DNA of 44,580 nucleotides, taken from positions 1 through 44,580 of the forward strand of contig JAJYHN010000139.1 in the NCBI GenBank assembly GCA_021784765.1, given 5' to 3'. The DNA is from Actinomycetes bacterium. Its GTDB lineage: Bacteria; Actinomycetota; UBA4738. Position numbers and translations under genes: made by a program. The notes beneath the pieces are model-generated. The model ran no database searches. It had not been told where the DNA came from and saw only the letters and a program-made list of their open reading frames with translations. Of the stretch, positions 1 through 9,217 are shown piece by piece. The first letter of the stretch is position 1. Every line of letters starts with the position of its first letter.

Positions 1-374
1 TCTGGGACGATCACGTCGTCGCCCTCCTCGCAGAGCGCGAGGATCGCGTAGAACATGATCGGCTTCGCGCCGGGCGTCACGATGCAGCGCTCGGCCGGGT
101 AGGCGGCGCGCCCGGTGCGCCCGAAGAACTCGCCGACCGCCGCCCGTAGCCCCGGCGCCCCGGGGGCAGGGCCGTAGTGGGTGAGGCCGCGGTCGAGCCC
201 CTCCTTGGCCGCCTCGACGACGTGCGCGGGCGTGTCGAAGTCGGGCTCGCCGATCTCCAAGTGGATGACGCGCCGGCCTGCGGCCTCCATCGCCCGCGCA
301 CGTGCGAGCACCTCGAAGGCCGACTCGGTGCCGAGCCGCGACATGCGAGAAGAGAGCGTGGGGATGCGGGCCAT
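1..374 (-). CDS. PLP-dependent aminotransferase class I/II (aspartate aminotransferase-like), N-terminal part; runs off the window edge
   Basis: Not in the ORF track. Manual translation from ATG 374: MARIPTLSSRMSRLGTESAFEVLARARAMEAAGRRVIHLEIGEPDFDTP...THYGPAPG...LRAAV...IVTPGAKPIMFYAILALCEEGDDVIVP. The GEPDF, THY and VTPGAK motifs are typical of the family. Confidence 0.9.
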   Translation of the reverse strand, partial: MARIPTLSSRMSRLGTESAFEVLARARAMEAAGRRVIHLEIGEPDFDTPAHVVEAAKEGLDRGLTHYGPAPGAPGLRAAVGEFFGRTGRAAYPAERCIVTPGAKPIMFYAILALCEEGDDVIVP

Positions 375-505
375 CCGGAGGCGCAGCGTAGCCGGAGGCG
401 ATCGGATCGGTCAAGCGCGCGGGTCCTGTCGACAGCCGGACGGTCCCGGCGGGAAGGGGCCCTTCGTCGGTAGGCGCTTCCGCCAGCCGGACCGATCCTT
501 GCCTC

Positions 506-994
506 GTGTTCGTTCGGTACTTCGAGATGCTACCGATCTCCTACGAGGCGGCCGACGCTGCCCTGCGGGGCTGCCCGCGGGACTGGCTGCCCGAGCTCGC
601 CATCGACGCCGGCCGTGTGAGGGACCGACTGCTGGCCGAGGCGCGCCTGGCGCCGCCGGCAACGCGGCTGCGTTCCGAGGGGGCATCGCTGCAGGTCGGG
701 GCGCCGCTCCGGCTCGCCGAGACGAGCTTCCTCCCCCTCTCGTGGCCCCCGGAGCGCGCGGTCGCGCCGTTCCCCACGCTGGAGGGGGACCTGCAGCTCG
801 CGCCGCTCGGGCCGACCGGCGCGCAACTCTCCTTCAGCGCCTTCTACCGGCGCCCGGACGAGGTGCGCGACGGCGCCGTCGACGGCGGCGTCCTGCACCG
901 GATCATCGAGTCCACCGTGAAGGACTTCGTCGACCGCGTCGCGCTGGCCGTCCAGGCGATCGTCGCGAGTGGCCGGTATCGCGCCACCGCGTGA
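506..994 (+). CDS. Hypothetical protein, possibly SRPBCC/START-like fold
   Basis: 162-aa ORF with normal high-GC codon usage and globular composition (FPTLEGDLQLAPLGP...LHRIIESTVKDFVDRV). The fold is a guess. Confidence 0.65.
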   Translation: MFVRYFEMLPISYEAADAALRGCPRDWLPELAIDAGRVRDRLLAEARLAPPATRLRSEGASLQVGAPLRLAETSFLPLSWPPERAVAPFPTLEGDLQLAPLGPTGAQLSFSAFYRRPDEVRDGAVDGGVLHRIIESTVKDFVDRVALAVQAIVASGRYRATA

Positions 995-1061
995 CCGGCC
1001 GGCACGCGGACCGCGCGGGGAGTGGGGATCTCGTGGCCGCTTCGGCGGCCGGAGGCCGCTC

Positions 1062-1077
1062 TGCTAGATTCGAACGA
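1062..1077 (+). promoter_or_regulatory. Extended -10 element of a probable leaderless greA promoter
   Basis: TGcTAGATT (hexamer 1065-1070) lies 6 nt before ATG 1077; no SD sequence. Confidence 0.55.
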
Positions 1078-1622
1078 TGGCCAGCGACGTCGACCCCAAG
1101 TACCTGCCGCCCGAGCGCCCTCCGCGCAAGCCGGGCCAGGAGCCGAGCGCCAGGCTCACGCTGGACGCCTACGTCCGGCTGCGCAAGGAGCTCGAGGACC
1201 TCGAGACCAACGGCCGCGCGCACATCGCCGATCGGCTGCTGCACGCGCGCGAGTTCGGCGACATCCGCGAGAACGCCGAGTACGACGCCGCGAAGAACGA
1301 GCAGGGGCTGATGGAGGCCCGGATCCGCGAGCTCAAGCGCAAGCTCGCCGACCCCGAGATCATCGAGGCCGTGCACGGGGACGAGATCGACGTGGGCGCG
1401 ATGGTCACGCTGCGGCCGGTCGACGAGGACGACCCCGACGACGAGATCTACCTGCTGGCGCACTCGGCCGAGGAGAGGGCCCCCGGCGTCCGCACGGTGA
1501 CCGTGCAGTCCCCGCTCGGCTCGGTGCTGATGGGCAAGCGGGTCGGCGACCACGTGTCCTACGAGGCGCCGGGCGGGACCTTCACCTACGAGGTCGTCGC
1601 GTTCGGCCCGCAGGGGCCCTGA
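1077..1622 (+). CDS. greA: Transcription elongation factor GreA
   Basis: AREFGDIRENAEYDAAKNEQ...EARI motif and C-terminal SPLGSVLMGKRVGD. Confidence 0.95.
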   Translation: MASDVDPKYLPPERPPRKPGQEPSARLTLDAYVRLRKELEDLETNGRAHIADRLLHAREFGDIRENAEYDAAKNEQGLMEARIRELKRKLADPEIIEAVHGDEIDVGAMVTLRPVDEDDPDDEIYLLAHSAEERAPGVRTVTVQSPLGSVLMGKRVGDHVSYEAPGGTFTYEVVAFGPQGP

Positions 1623-1804
1623 ACCGCCAGCACCACCTGGCGGAAAGTCGAGGTGGCGTACTGGTCGTAAGCCCTGGTTGCCCCCGGGTCCTGTGGCCCC
1701 CCAGGTAGGCCCCATGTGGACCTGCCCATAGGTCCCGTAGAGCCCCTACGTTTGGTCATCCGTTCCGCTGCTGAGTCCTCTGCGGAGAGCCAGGGGGGCG
1801 CCAG

Positions 1805-2422
1805 GTGCGTAGGAGAGAGGACCACGCAGCCCCGACGCGTGATGGGGCGGTGCATCGTCGCCGCCTCCCTCCGCCGCCGTTGCCGCCCAGGCGGTTCGCG
1901 TGTGTCTTCGCCGCGCTGGAGGCGGCGCTCTACCGGCACACGGGACACACGATCGGGGGGATGCTTGCCGGCGTCCACGTGCTGCTCATCACGACGACGG
2001 GCAGGAGGACCGGCACCTGCCACACGGTCCCGGTCGCCTTCATCGCCGACGGAGAGGACCTCCTCGTCGTCGCCGGCAACGGCGGGTCCTCGCAGGACCC
2101 GAACTGGTATCGCAACCTCCTGGCCGACCCCCGTGCCGTCGTGGAGCTCCGCGGCGCCTCGTTCCCCGTCGTCGCGAGCCCGGTGACGGGCGAGGAGCGT
2201 GACCGCCTGTGGGCCGTGCTCGAGCAGCGGCTCCCGCCGCTCCCCTTCTACGAGCGGCGCACGACCCGGGAGATGGCGGTCATGAGGCTGTCGAGGGTCG
2301 AGCGCGAGACCCCGCCCGTCACCCGTCCCGTGCTCCAGCCGTCCTCGACCTTCGTCGGGCAAGGTCGCCTCGCCAACGTCGGGTTCGACCCCGGAGGCGA
2401 CGGCGTCCCCCCGGTGATGTGA
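1805..2422 (+). CDS. Deazaflavin (F420)-dependent nitroreductase family protein (Ddn-like); start uncertain
   Basis: LLITTTGRRTG, VVAGNGGSSQDPNWYRNLLADP and YERRTTREMAV motifs. Confidence 0.85.
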   Translation: MRRREDHAAPTRDGAVHRRRLPPPPLPPRRFACVFAALEAALYRHTGHTIGGMLAGVHVLLITTTGRRTGTCHTVPVAFIADGEDLLVVAGNGGSSQDPNWYRNLLADPRAVVELRGASFPVVASPVTGEERDRLWAVLEQRLPPLPFYERRTTREMAVMRLSRVERETPPVTRPVLQPSSTFVGQGRLANVGFDPGGDGVPPVM

Positions 2423-2465
2423 GGCTCCCGAGCTCGGTGGACCGCGTCGCCTGGTCGCGGATTGG

Positions 2466-3698
2466 TCACGGATAGGTCCAGCGAACGCCACCACACTCGG
2501 GCGTCGCCCCAAGTGGGAACCGCACGGCGGGCTGGACGGTGGTCCATGCCCCGTTGCCATCCCAATCCGCCCCCGTCACCCGGATCGATCCCGTTCGAAG
2601 GTCGATTGCCAGCCAGGGCGCGCGGACGGGGCCACCGGTTGCCCCGGATGCGGCCGCGGCTGCTGCAGCCGCCCGTCCGATCGCAAGCACCGTGTGGGAT
2701 CCGAACGGAAGCAGCGGCCAGAGGACGTCGCTGGTGGAGAGGTCGAGCCTGCTTCCCGTGTAGACGGGATGCGATCCGAAGAACTCACAGCCGTAGCGGA
2801 ACTCCTTCAGGCTGTAGACAGGGAGCGTGTCCTGCTGGCCGACGCCCGCGACGTAGGTGGTGGGGGAGACCCAGGCGACGCCTGCCTCGACATCGGTGTT
2901 CGCGACCGACTGCCAGTAGCCCCAGACCGTTGGCGAGGATTCCCTTGCGCCCGCGTACAGGTCGTCCTCGCGCAGGACCTCGAGTCGGGTCGGGATGTTG
3001 TCCCGGCGGAAGACCATGAGGGCGATCGCCGGGGTTCCCGGGTAGGCGCTCAGCTCGAACGGCGCCTCGCCCCATCGGAGCGGAACGACGACCGGCTCGG
3101 GGGCGCGCGGCCCCAGGGTCATCACCGAGAGCCGAGGCGTCTGGGTCGCAGGGTCCAAGGCCGTGCTTGCCCGTGCGACCCAGTACAGGCGCAGGGGGCC
3201 GGTCGGGTCGGTCGGCGGTCGGACGAACACGGGCGAGACCATGGAGGTGCCGTCTGAGGCCGTTGCCACTGCCCGGATGCGCCCGTCGGGCATGAGCTCG
3301 TAGAGGACCGAGCCCCTCCCACCGGGCAGCCCGACGCTGTAGGCGAGCTCGATGCCGTCGGGCGCGGCGGCGATCTGGTAGACGTCGACCCGGGGATGGG
3401 TCCAAAGGACGCGTGGGCGGCCGGAGAGCGGAACGTCCCACAGGTGCGTTCCGTCGTCGTGGAGCAGCATCCCCGCGTGGAGGCGACCTGCGGGCCAGCG
3501 TAGACCAGCGAGCGCGCCGATCTCGGGCGCCGGCGCCGTGGACATCCCCGGCGGGGCCGACGCGGAGGTGGCGGCTGGGGCGGACGGACGAGCGGATCCG
3601 GGCGTCCCGGAGGTCCCACCCGAGCTCGTGCACCCGGCGAGGGCGAGCGCCGCCACCAGGGCCGCCGCCTTGAGGCGGTGAGCTTGCCGGAACGGGAT
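2466..3698 (-). CDS. Putative lipoprotein with a TolB-like/beta-rich extracellular domain; start uncertain
   Basis: Lipobox AAALVAALALAG-C, then an S/T/P/A linker and a Trp-containing beta-rich domain. The track's extension to 3905 overlaps the upstream gene. An in-frame ATC at 3698 has GGGGAGG 7 nt upstream. Confidence 0.65.
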   Translation of the reverse strand: MPFRQAHRLKAAALVAALALAGCTSSGGTSGTPGSARPSAPAATSASAPPGMSTAPAPEIGALAGLRWPAGRLHAGMLLHDDGTHLWDVPLSGRPRVLWTHPRVDVYQIAAAPDGIELAYSVGLPGGRGSVLYELMPDGRIRAVATASDGTSMVSPVFVRPPTDPTGPLRLYWVARASTALDPATQTPRLSVMTLGPRAPEPVVVPLRWGEAPFELSAYPGTPAIALMVFRRDNIPTRLEVLREDDLYAGARESSPTVWGYWQSVANTDVEAGVAWVSPTTYVAGVGQQDTLPVYSLKEFRYGCEFFGSHPVYTGSRLDLSTSDVLWPLLPFGSHTVLAIGRAAAAAAAASGATGGPVRAPWLAIDLRTGSIRVTGADWDGNGAWTTVQPAVRFPLGATPECGGVRWTYP

Positions 3699-3759
3699 GC
3701 CGGTGCCTCCCCCGCCAGGTACAGGGTCGATCGATGGGGGCGCCCCTCCCCCGAGGGCG

Positions 3760-4716
3760 CTACGGCGCACTGTAGTGCACGTAGTTGTCCGGCCCCGGAC
3801 TCCACGACTTGTTGGACGTGTTGTAGACCCAAAGTGAGTCGAGGCTTGAGATCGAGGTTGAGGGCGCCCGGATGCATCCGTTGGTCGGCGTCGTCCAGAA
3901 ATCATGGGCGTTGATCCCTCCGTGGATCATGAAGGAGCTGCGGTTCACACCAGAGGAGGAAGTCACATACCAGGGATCGAGGGGCCACTTGCCCGGGTAG
4001 TAGGTATCACTTGTGTCGCTTACGAACCCGACTTGGCTCCCAAGTTCCCAGCCCCAGTGGAAGTGATACAAGTTCGCAGGGGCTGAGTTCGCCCAGTCGC
4101 CGTTGGGAAGTGGACCAAGATTGACGACCCAGTGATCCTTCGGCATGTTGTCGCCACTTCTGCCTGGAAAGATCGTCGTGTACGTGTGTTTCGCGATGCC
4201 GCTGACGTACACGGTGTAGTGATTGTAGAGCCATCCACAGTAGCCGTTGTACGTCACGGTTCCGCTGCAAGCGGAACTCGAGTATGGCTCGAGGTAGAAG
4301 TCGTTCCAACCCAGGTCACCCGAAAAGTTGGACGGAATCGCGGGTCCCGCCAGCTGCGCAACCTCGAGCGAGATCGCTGACCCCTCCGCCTGCATCTCCG
4401 CCGTGTCGATGCCCCGCGCCTGAAGTTCCGCCCACGTGGCGTCGCAGAGGACAGAGCCGGTGCAGTGGGAGGTCGGAGCGTCTGTTTGGGGTGTGGGCAT
4501 GGAGGTTGGCATGCATTGCGCCGTTGCTGCCGCAGGGTTGCCATCTTGAATGCACGGGCCGGACAGCCACGGGGGTTGGTTGCCTCCGTTGCTCGCGAGC
4601 GCGGGAGCGGGCCACACCGTGATGAGCACCAGAACGACAATGCCGACAGCTCGTCGAAGCAAGGGGGTCCTTCCTTGCGTTGCTTCCTCAAGGTTGGGAC
4701 GGCCAATCGTTCTCAT
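3760..4716 (-). CDS. Secreted protein with C-terminal Tlde1/DUF2778-like (L,D-transpeptidase fold) domain
   Basis: Purine-rich SD (GGGGAGGAGGGAG) before ATG 4716; signal peptide ending ...VWPAPALA; motifs RSG-N, GPLPNG, LDP, RSSFMIHGG...TNGCIR (H-x15-C). GC is lower than the flanks. Confidence 0.75.
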   Translation of the reverse strand: MRTIGRPNLEEATQGRTPLLRRAVGIVVLVLITVWPAPALASNGGNQPPWLSGPCIQDGNPAAATAQCMPTSMPTPQTDAPTSHCTGSVLCDATWAELQARGIDTAEMQAEGSAISLEVAQLAGPAIPSNFSGDLGWNDFYLEPYSSSACSGTVTYNGYCGWLYNHYTVYVSGIAKHTYTTIFPGRSGDNMPKDHWVVNLGPLPNGDWANSAPANLYHFHWGWELGSQVGFVSDTSDTYYPGKWPLDPWYVTSSSGVNRSSFMIHGGINAHDFWTTPTNGCIRAPSTSISSLDSLWVYNTSNKSWSPGPDNYVHYSAP

Positions 4717-5109
4717 CAATCTCTCCCTCCTCCCCAGGGGGTTGATCACGCATCAAGTCATGTCGGGGCACGCTCCTTGCGAAAAGCGGTGACGAACGGG
4801 CCGTGGCAGCACGACGGGACACTCCCTGGGGACCGACGAGAGCCGGAGTCCGATCGGGGCGGCGACCGAGTGTCATCCCTCGCGTCTCTCCCTCGGGTTT
4901 CCCCTAGGGCCCTTCCACCCCCGCCCCTCTTCCTACTCGGCTGTGAACGCGGTGTCGAGCCATCCGTGAGACCTACGCAGATCGCCGTAGTGACGTCGGC
5001 CCGGTCCTGACTGTGCCCAACGCTGGGTCACCCGGGGCACGTCCTTGGGGAGCGACGGCCCCTCAGGCCGTCGCTTCGCGGGGGGCGTGCGATCGGGACG
5101 TGCCGGCCG

Positions 5110-5847
5110 TTACCGCCGCGCGGCGGCGCCCCGCCACGCGGACCACAGCCGCTGGGCGGCCGTGACCAGGCCGAGCGCCGCCAGCAGGGCCATGACCGGC
5201 CGGAGCATTCCCGGGGCGATCAGTCCGATCATCAGCGCGACGTAGCGCTCGAGCCGCTGGACGAGCCCCTCGGTCAGGGTCAGGCCGAGCGCCTCGGCCT
5301 CGGCGCGCACGAAGCTCACCAGGAAGGACGCCACCAGTGCGACGAGCGTGAGCAGGGCCGTCGTGCGGTCGCCCTGCCCGGCCAGCGACCAGAACAGGCA
5401 GCCGAAGACGATCACGTCGGAGGCGCGATCGAGGACGGAGTCCAGGAACGCCCCGCCGCGGCTGGCCTCGCCGCGCAGCCGGGCGACGCCGCCGTCGAAG
5501 ATGTCGAGCATCCCGGCTGGGGCCAGCAGCAGGCCGGGCAGCAGCCGGCGGCCGGTCAGCAGCAGCCATCCGACGATCACGTTGCCGGCCAGCGAGAGCA
5601 GCGTGAGCTGCCAGGGACGCACGCCCATCCGGTACAGGCCGGCCAGCCCGAACCGGTAGGGCCAGGCGAAGATCCGCCCGAAGCTCGGCGCGATCATCCC
5701 CTTGACGCTGCGGGGGGCCGGCATGTCGCGGATGTGGGCCTCGGGCCGCTCGCCGCGGCGCCGGGGCGCAGCCCGCGGCGGCCCCCCTCGGGGGTCGCCG
5801 CCGGGCGGTCGGCGTCCCCGGCGGATCCCACGGCGCTTCTCCCTCAC
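5110..5847 (-). CDS. CDP-alcohol phosphatidyltransferase family protein; start uncertain (GTG 5847 or ATG 5724)
   Basis: Signature DIFDGGVARLRGEASRGGAFLDSVLDRASD; several hydrophobic helices. Confidence 0.9.
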   Translation of the reverse strand: MREKRRGIRRGRRPPGGDPRGGPPRAAPRRRGERPEAHIRDMPAPRSVKGMIAPSFGRIFAWPYRFGLAGLYRMGVRPWQLTLLSLAGNVIVGWLLLTGRRLLPGLLLAPAGMLDIFDGGVARLRGEASRGGAFLDSVLDRASDVIVFGCLFWSLAGQGDRTTALLTLVALVASFLVSFVRAEAEALGLTLTEGLVQRLERYVALMIGLIAPGMLRPVMALLAALGLVTAAQRLWSAWRGAAARR

Positions 5848-6049
5848 GACCTCGCCCCCTCCGCGCACCGCACCATCGTAGCTGGCCGGCCGGGGGCGCC
5901 GCGGCCGCGTTCGCCCTGGTCGCAACGCGGATGCCACAGACCGTTGGGCCGCCGGCAACCCCGGCGTTACCGACCGCTGACCCATCCCTCCCTACGCTCG
6001 TGCGTGGGTCCCGGATCGGGGCCGAGCGGATCGAGCGACGAGGTGGGCG

Positions 6050-6220
6050 ATGAACAAGCGGTCGGCGATGGTGATCTCCGGGGCGCTGGTGGCGGCGCTC
6101 CTCGCGGGAATGGTCGGGGCGGGCGTGCAGGCATCTCGCTCGGTGGCCCCGGTGACGAGGACGGTCGTGCTGCAGACGGTCCCGGCCGGCTCGTCGACCT
6201 GGGCGGGCGGCGATGACTAG
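6050..6220 (+). CDS. Small membrane-anchored or secreted protein (56 aa), absent from the ORF track
   Basis: SD GAGGT; MNKRSAMVISGALVAALLAGMVGAGVQASRSVAPVTRTVVLQTVPAGSSTWAGGDD*. Its stop overlaps the ATG of the next ORF (ATGACTAG). Confidence 0.6.
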   Translation: MNKRSAMVISGALVAALLAGMVGAGVQASRSVAPVTRTVVLQTVPAGSSTWAGGDD

Positions 6221-6536
6221 GGCGGACGGCGCGGCGGGGCTGGAGCCGGGGCCGGTGCCGGCGCGCCCGGTGCGTGCCAAGCGCGCGTCCCGGGCCTCGC
6301 TCCGGCTCTGGACGGCGGTTGCCGGGGCGGTCGGCTTCGCGCTCCCGTTCGCCGCGTTCCGGGTGGCGCCGCGACCTCCGGCGCCGGCGGCCGCGCAGCA
6401 GGTCGTCGTGCTGCCGGCCGGAAGCAAGCTCGTGAGCTCCGGCAGCGGCGTGAAGGTCGTGGCCGCGTCCGGCGGGGCCGCCACGGCCGGAACACCGGTC
6501 ACGACGACCGGTGGCTCGGCACCTCCCCCTCCGTGA
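6213..6536 (+). CDS. Small single-TM protein with low-complexity tail ending PVTTTGGS-APPPP
   Basis: TM segment LWTAVAGAVGFALPFAAF; start overlaps the stop of 6050-6220; 38-nt convergent overlap with the cimA 3' end. Confidence 0.55.
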   Translation: MTRADGAAGLEPGPVPARPVRAKRASRASLRLWTAVAGAVGFALPFAAFRVAPRPPAPAAAQQVVVLPAGSKLVSSGSGVKVVAASGGAATAGTPVTTTGGSAPPPP

Positions 6537-8130
6537 CGGTGGCCGTGCGGCGGCGCAGCAGGCCGTACGTGTAGCTCTCGGCGAGCGCCTCGTAGGAGGC
6601 CTGGATGATGTCCTCCGAGACCCCGACCGTGACCCACTCGGCGTCCCCGTCGCTCGTCTCGATCAGCACGCGCACGACGGCGCCGGTGCCCTTGGTCCCG
6701 TCCAGCACGCGGACCCGGTAGTCCGTCAGCTCCATCCGGGCGAGCTCCGGGTAGGTCCGTCCGAGCGCCTGGCGCAGCGCGTTGTCGAGCGCCCCGACCG
6801 GCCCGTGGCCCTCGGCGGTCGCGATGTGCCGCTCCCCGTCGGCGACCACCTTCACCGTGGCCTCGGCGAGCCCCTCGCCGCCCTCGCGCTCCTCGACCAG
6901 GACCCGGAAGGACTCCACGCTGAAGAACTCCTGTCGCCAGCCGGCCCCGCGCCGCAGCAGCAGCTCCAGCGAGGCGTCGGCGGCCTCGAAGGCGTAGCCG
7001 GCCGCCTCGCGCTCCTTCAGCGAGGTCAGGACGCGGCCGACCGCATCGTCGTCCAGCCCCACCCCGAGCTCGGCGGCCTTGCGAACGAGGTTCGCCCGAC
7101 CGGCGAGGTCGGAGACCACGATATGGTTGCTGTTGCCGACGGACGCGGGCGGGACGTGCTCGTAGGCGTCGGCGCGACGGACGACGGCCGAGACGTGCAG
7201 GCCCGCCTTGTGCGCGAAGGCGTTCCGGCCGGCGTAGGGCTGGTGCGGGTCCGGCGGGATGTTGGCGATCTCGGCGACCCGGTGGGCGAGCTCGGTCAGC
7301 CGCGCGACGCCGTCGCCGGGGAGGACCTCGTAGCCGAGCTTCAGGGAGAGATTCGCCGCGATCGGGATGAGGTCGGCGTTCCCGCAGCGCTCGCCATAGC
7401 CGTTGATCGTCCCCTGGACCTGCAGCGCGCCGGCGCGGACCGCCTCGACCGAGCCGGCCACCGCGCAGCCGGTGTCGTCGTGCACGTGGACGCCGAGCGG
7501 GACCGCGGCCAGCCTGCCGACCTCGCGGACGACCTCGGCCACATCGCCCGGCAGCGACCCGCCGTTCGTGTCGCAGAGCACCAGCCGCTCGGCCCCGGCC
7601 TCCTCGGCCGCGCGCAGCACGGCGAGGGCGTAGTCCCGGTTGCGCCGCCACCCGTCGAAGAAGTGCTCGGCGTCGAAGAACACCCGGCGCCCCTCCGCTC
7701 GCAGGAACGCGATCGAATCGGCGACCATCGCGAGGTTCTCCTCGAGGGTCGTGCGGATGGCCTCGGTGACGTGGAGGTCGGAGGACTTGCCGACCAGGCA
7801 CACGACCTCGGTCCCCGCCTCGAGCATGTCGCGGAGGACGGGGGAGGCGCCGGCCCGCTCGCCAGGGCGGCGCGTCATGCCGAACGCGGCGAGCTGCGAG
7901 CGCGTCAGCGGCTCGCGGACCGCGAGGCGAAAGAACTCGGTGTCGCGCGGGTTCGCCCCCGGCCAGCCGCCCTCGACCAGCGGCATGCCGAGGTCGTCGA
8001 GGGCATGGAGCACCTTCAGCTTGTCCTCGACGCTGAACGAGAGCCCGGCTCGCTGCGCGCCGTCGCGCAGCGTCGTGTCGTACAGCTCGACGGCCGGCGC
8101 CGCCGCAGGGCCCGTCCCCGGCTCAGGCAT
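6499..8130 (-). CDS. cimA: Citramalate synthase
   Basis: LYDTTLRDGAQ, EGGWPGANPRD, FFDAEHFFDG, LCDTNGG, HKAGLH, GYAFEAADAS. Confidence 0.92.
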   Translation of the reverse strand: MPEPGTGPAAAPAVELYDTTLRDGAQRAGLSFSVEDKLKVLHALDDLGMPLVEGGWPGANPRDTEFFRLAVREPLTRSQLAAFGMTRRPGERAGASPVLRDMLEAGTEVVCLVGKSSDLHVTEAIRTTLEENLAMVADSIAFLRAEGRRVFFDAEHFFDGWRRNRDYALAVLRAAEEAGAERLVLCDTNGGSLPGDVAEVVREVGRLAAVPLGVHVHDDTGCAVAGSVEAVRAGALQVQGTINGYGERCGNADLIPIAANLSLKLGYEVLPGDGVARLTELAHRVAEIANIPPDPHQPYAGRNAFAHKAGLHVSAVVRRADAYEHVPPASVGNSNHIVVSDLAGRANLVRKAAELGVGLDDDAVGRVLTSLKEREAAGYAFEAADASLELLLRRGAGWRQEFFSVESFRVLVEEREGGEGLAEATVKVVADGERHIATAEGHGPVGALDNALRQALGRTYPELARMELTDYRVRVLDGTKGTGAVVRVLIETSDGDAEWVTVGVSEDIIQASYEALAESYTYGLLRRRTATVTEGEVPSHRSS

Positions 8131-9217
8131 CGACGGCTCCCTCCGTGACGAGGTCGCCGACCTCGGCCGTCGAGAACCCCATCTCCGCGGCCCGCATCGA
8201 GCGCATCTTCGAGACGGCCCGCCGGATGCCGGCGTCCACCCGGGCGGCGGCGGCGTCCTCGCCCAGGGATCGCAGCATCAGCTCGCCGGCCGCGATCGCC
8301 GCGATCGGGTTGATCGTGCCCCTGCCGGTGTGGTCGGGGGCCGTCCCGCCGATCGGCTCGAACATCGACACCCCGCCGGGGTCGGGGTTCAGGTTCGCCC
8401 CGGCCGCCACGCCCATGCCTCCCTGCACCGTGGCCGCGAGGTCGGTCAGGATGTCGCCGAACATGTTGTCGGTGACGACCACGTCGAACCGGCCCGGGTT
8501 CTCCAGCAGGTAGATGCACGCGGCGTCGACGTGGACGTAGGCGGTGCCGATGCCCGGATGCTCGGCCGCCACCTCGTCGAAGACCCGCTGCCACAGGTCG
8601 CCGGCGTAGGTGAGTACGTTGGTCTTGTGCGCGAGCGTCACGTGACCGCGCCGGCCCGGGCGCGTCGCGAGGTCGAACGCGAACCGCACGCAGCGCTCGA
8701 CCCCCCGTCGCGTGTTGACGCTGTCCTGCAGCGCGACCTCCTGCGGGGTTCCCCTGCGGAAGAACCCGCCGGTGCCCGCGTACAGCCCCTCGGAGTTCTC
8801 GCGGACGAAGGCCATGTCGACGTCCTCCGGCGCGAGGCCGCCGACCGGCGAGCGCACGCCCGGGTAGAGCCTGACCGGCCGCAGGTTGACGTACTGGTCC
8901 AGCTCGAAGCGCAGCCGCAGCAGCAGGTCGCGCTCGAGGATGCCCGGCTTGATCTGCGGGTGCCCGACGGCGCCCAGGTAGATCGCATCGGCGTCCCGCA
9001 GCTCCTCGAGCGCCGGGTCGGGCAGCGTCTCGCCGGTGCGCAGATAGCGCTCGCCGCCGAGGTCGTGCTCGACGGTCTGCAGCTCGAACCCCTCGGCGGC
9101 CGCGACGGCCCGCAGCACCTTCAGGCCCTCGCGGATCACCTCGGGGCCGGTGCCGTCGCCGGGGATGACCGCGATCCGGTGCCGGCGAAGGGCGCCCTCC
9201 GATCCGCCGCCGCTCAA
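8123..9217 (-). CDS. leuB: 3-isopropylmalate dehydrogenase (short type)
   Basis: IAVIPGDGTGPEV, RENSEGLY, HKTNVL, TDNMFGDILTDL, SMFEP. TTG start overlaps the leuD stop (TTGA). Confidence 0.93.
   Translation of the reverse strand: MSGGGSEGALRRHRIAVIPGDGTGPEVIREGLKVLRAVAAAEGFELQTVEHDLGGERYLRTGETLPDPALEELRDADAIYLGAVGHPQIKPGILERDLLLRLRFELDQYVNLRPVRLYPGVRSPVGGLAPEDVDMAFVRENSEGLYAGTGGFFRRGTPQEVALQDSVNTRRGVERCVRFAFDLATRPGRRGHVTLAHKTNVLTYAGDLWQRVFDEVAAEHPGIGTAYVHVDAACIYLLENPGRFDVVVTDNMFGDILTDLAATVQGGMGVAAGANLNPDPGGVSMFEPIGGTAPDHTGRGTINPIAAIAAGELMLRSLGEDAAAARVDAGIRRAVSKMRSMRAAEMGFSTAEVGDLVTEGAVDA

Noticed and set aside
3699-3905. N-terminal extension of the 479-aa lipoprotein ORF
   Set aside because: It overlaps the 3' end of the Tlde1-like gene and would place the signal peptide about 70 residues inside the protein.
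4750-5100. c-di-AMP (ydaO) riboswitch upstream of the cell-wall enzyme
   Set aside because: The conserved GAATC...GGGGAACC...GGGTGAAT...CCGTCAGCTAAC elements are not present on either strand.
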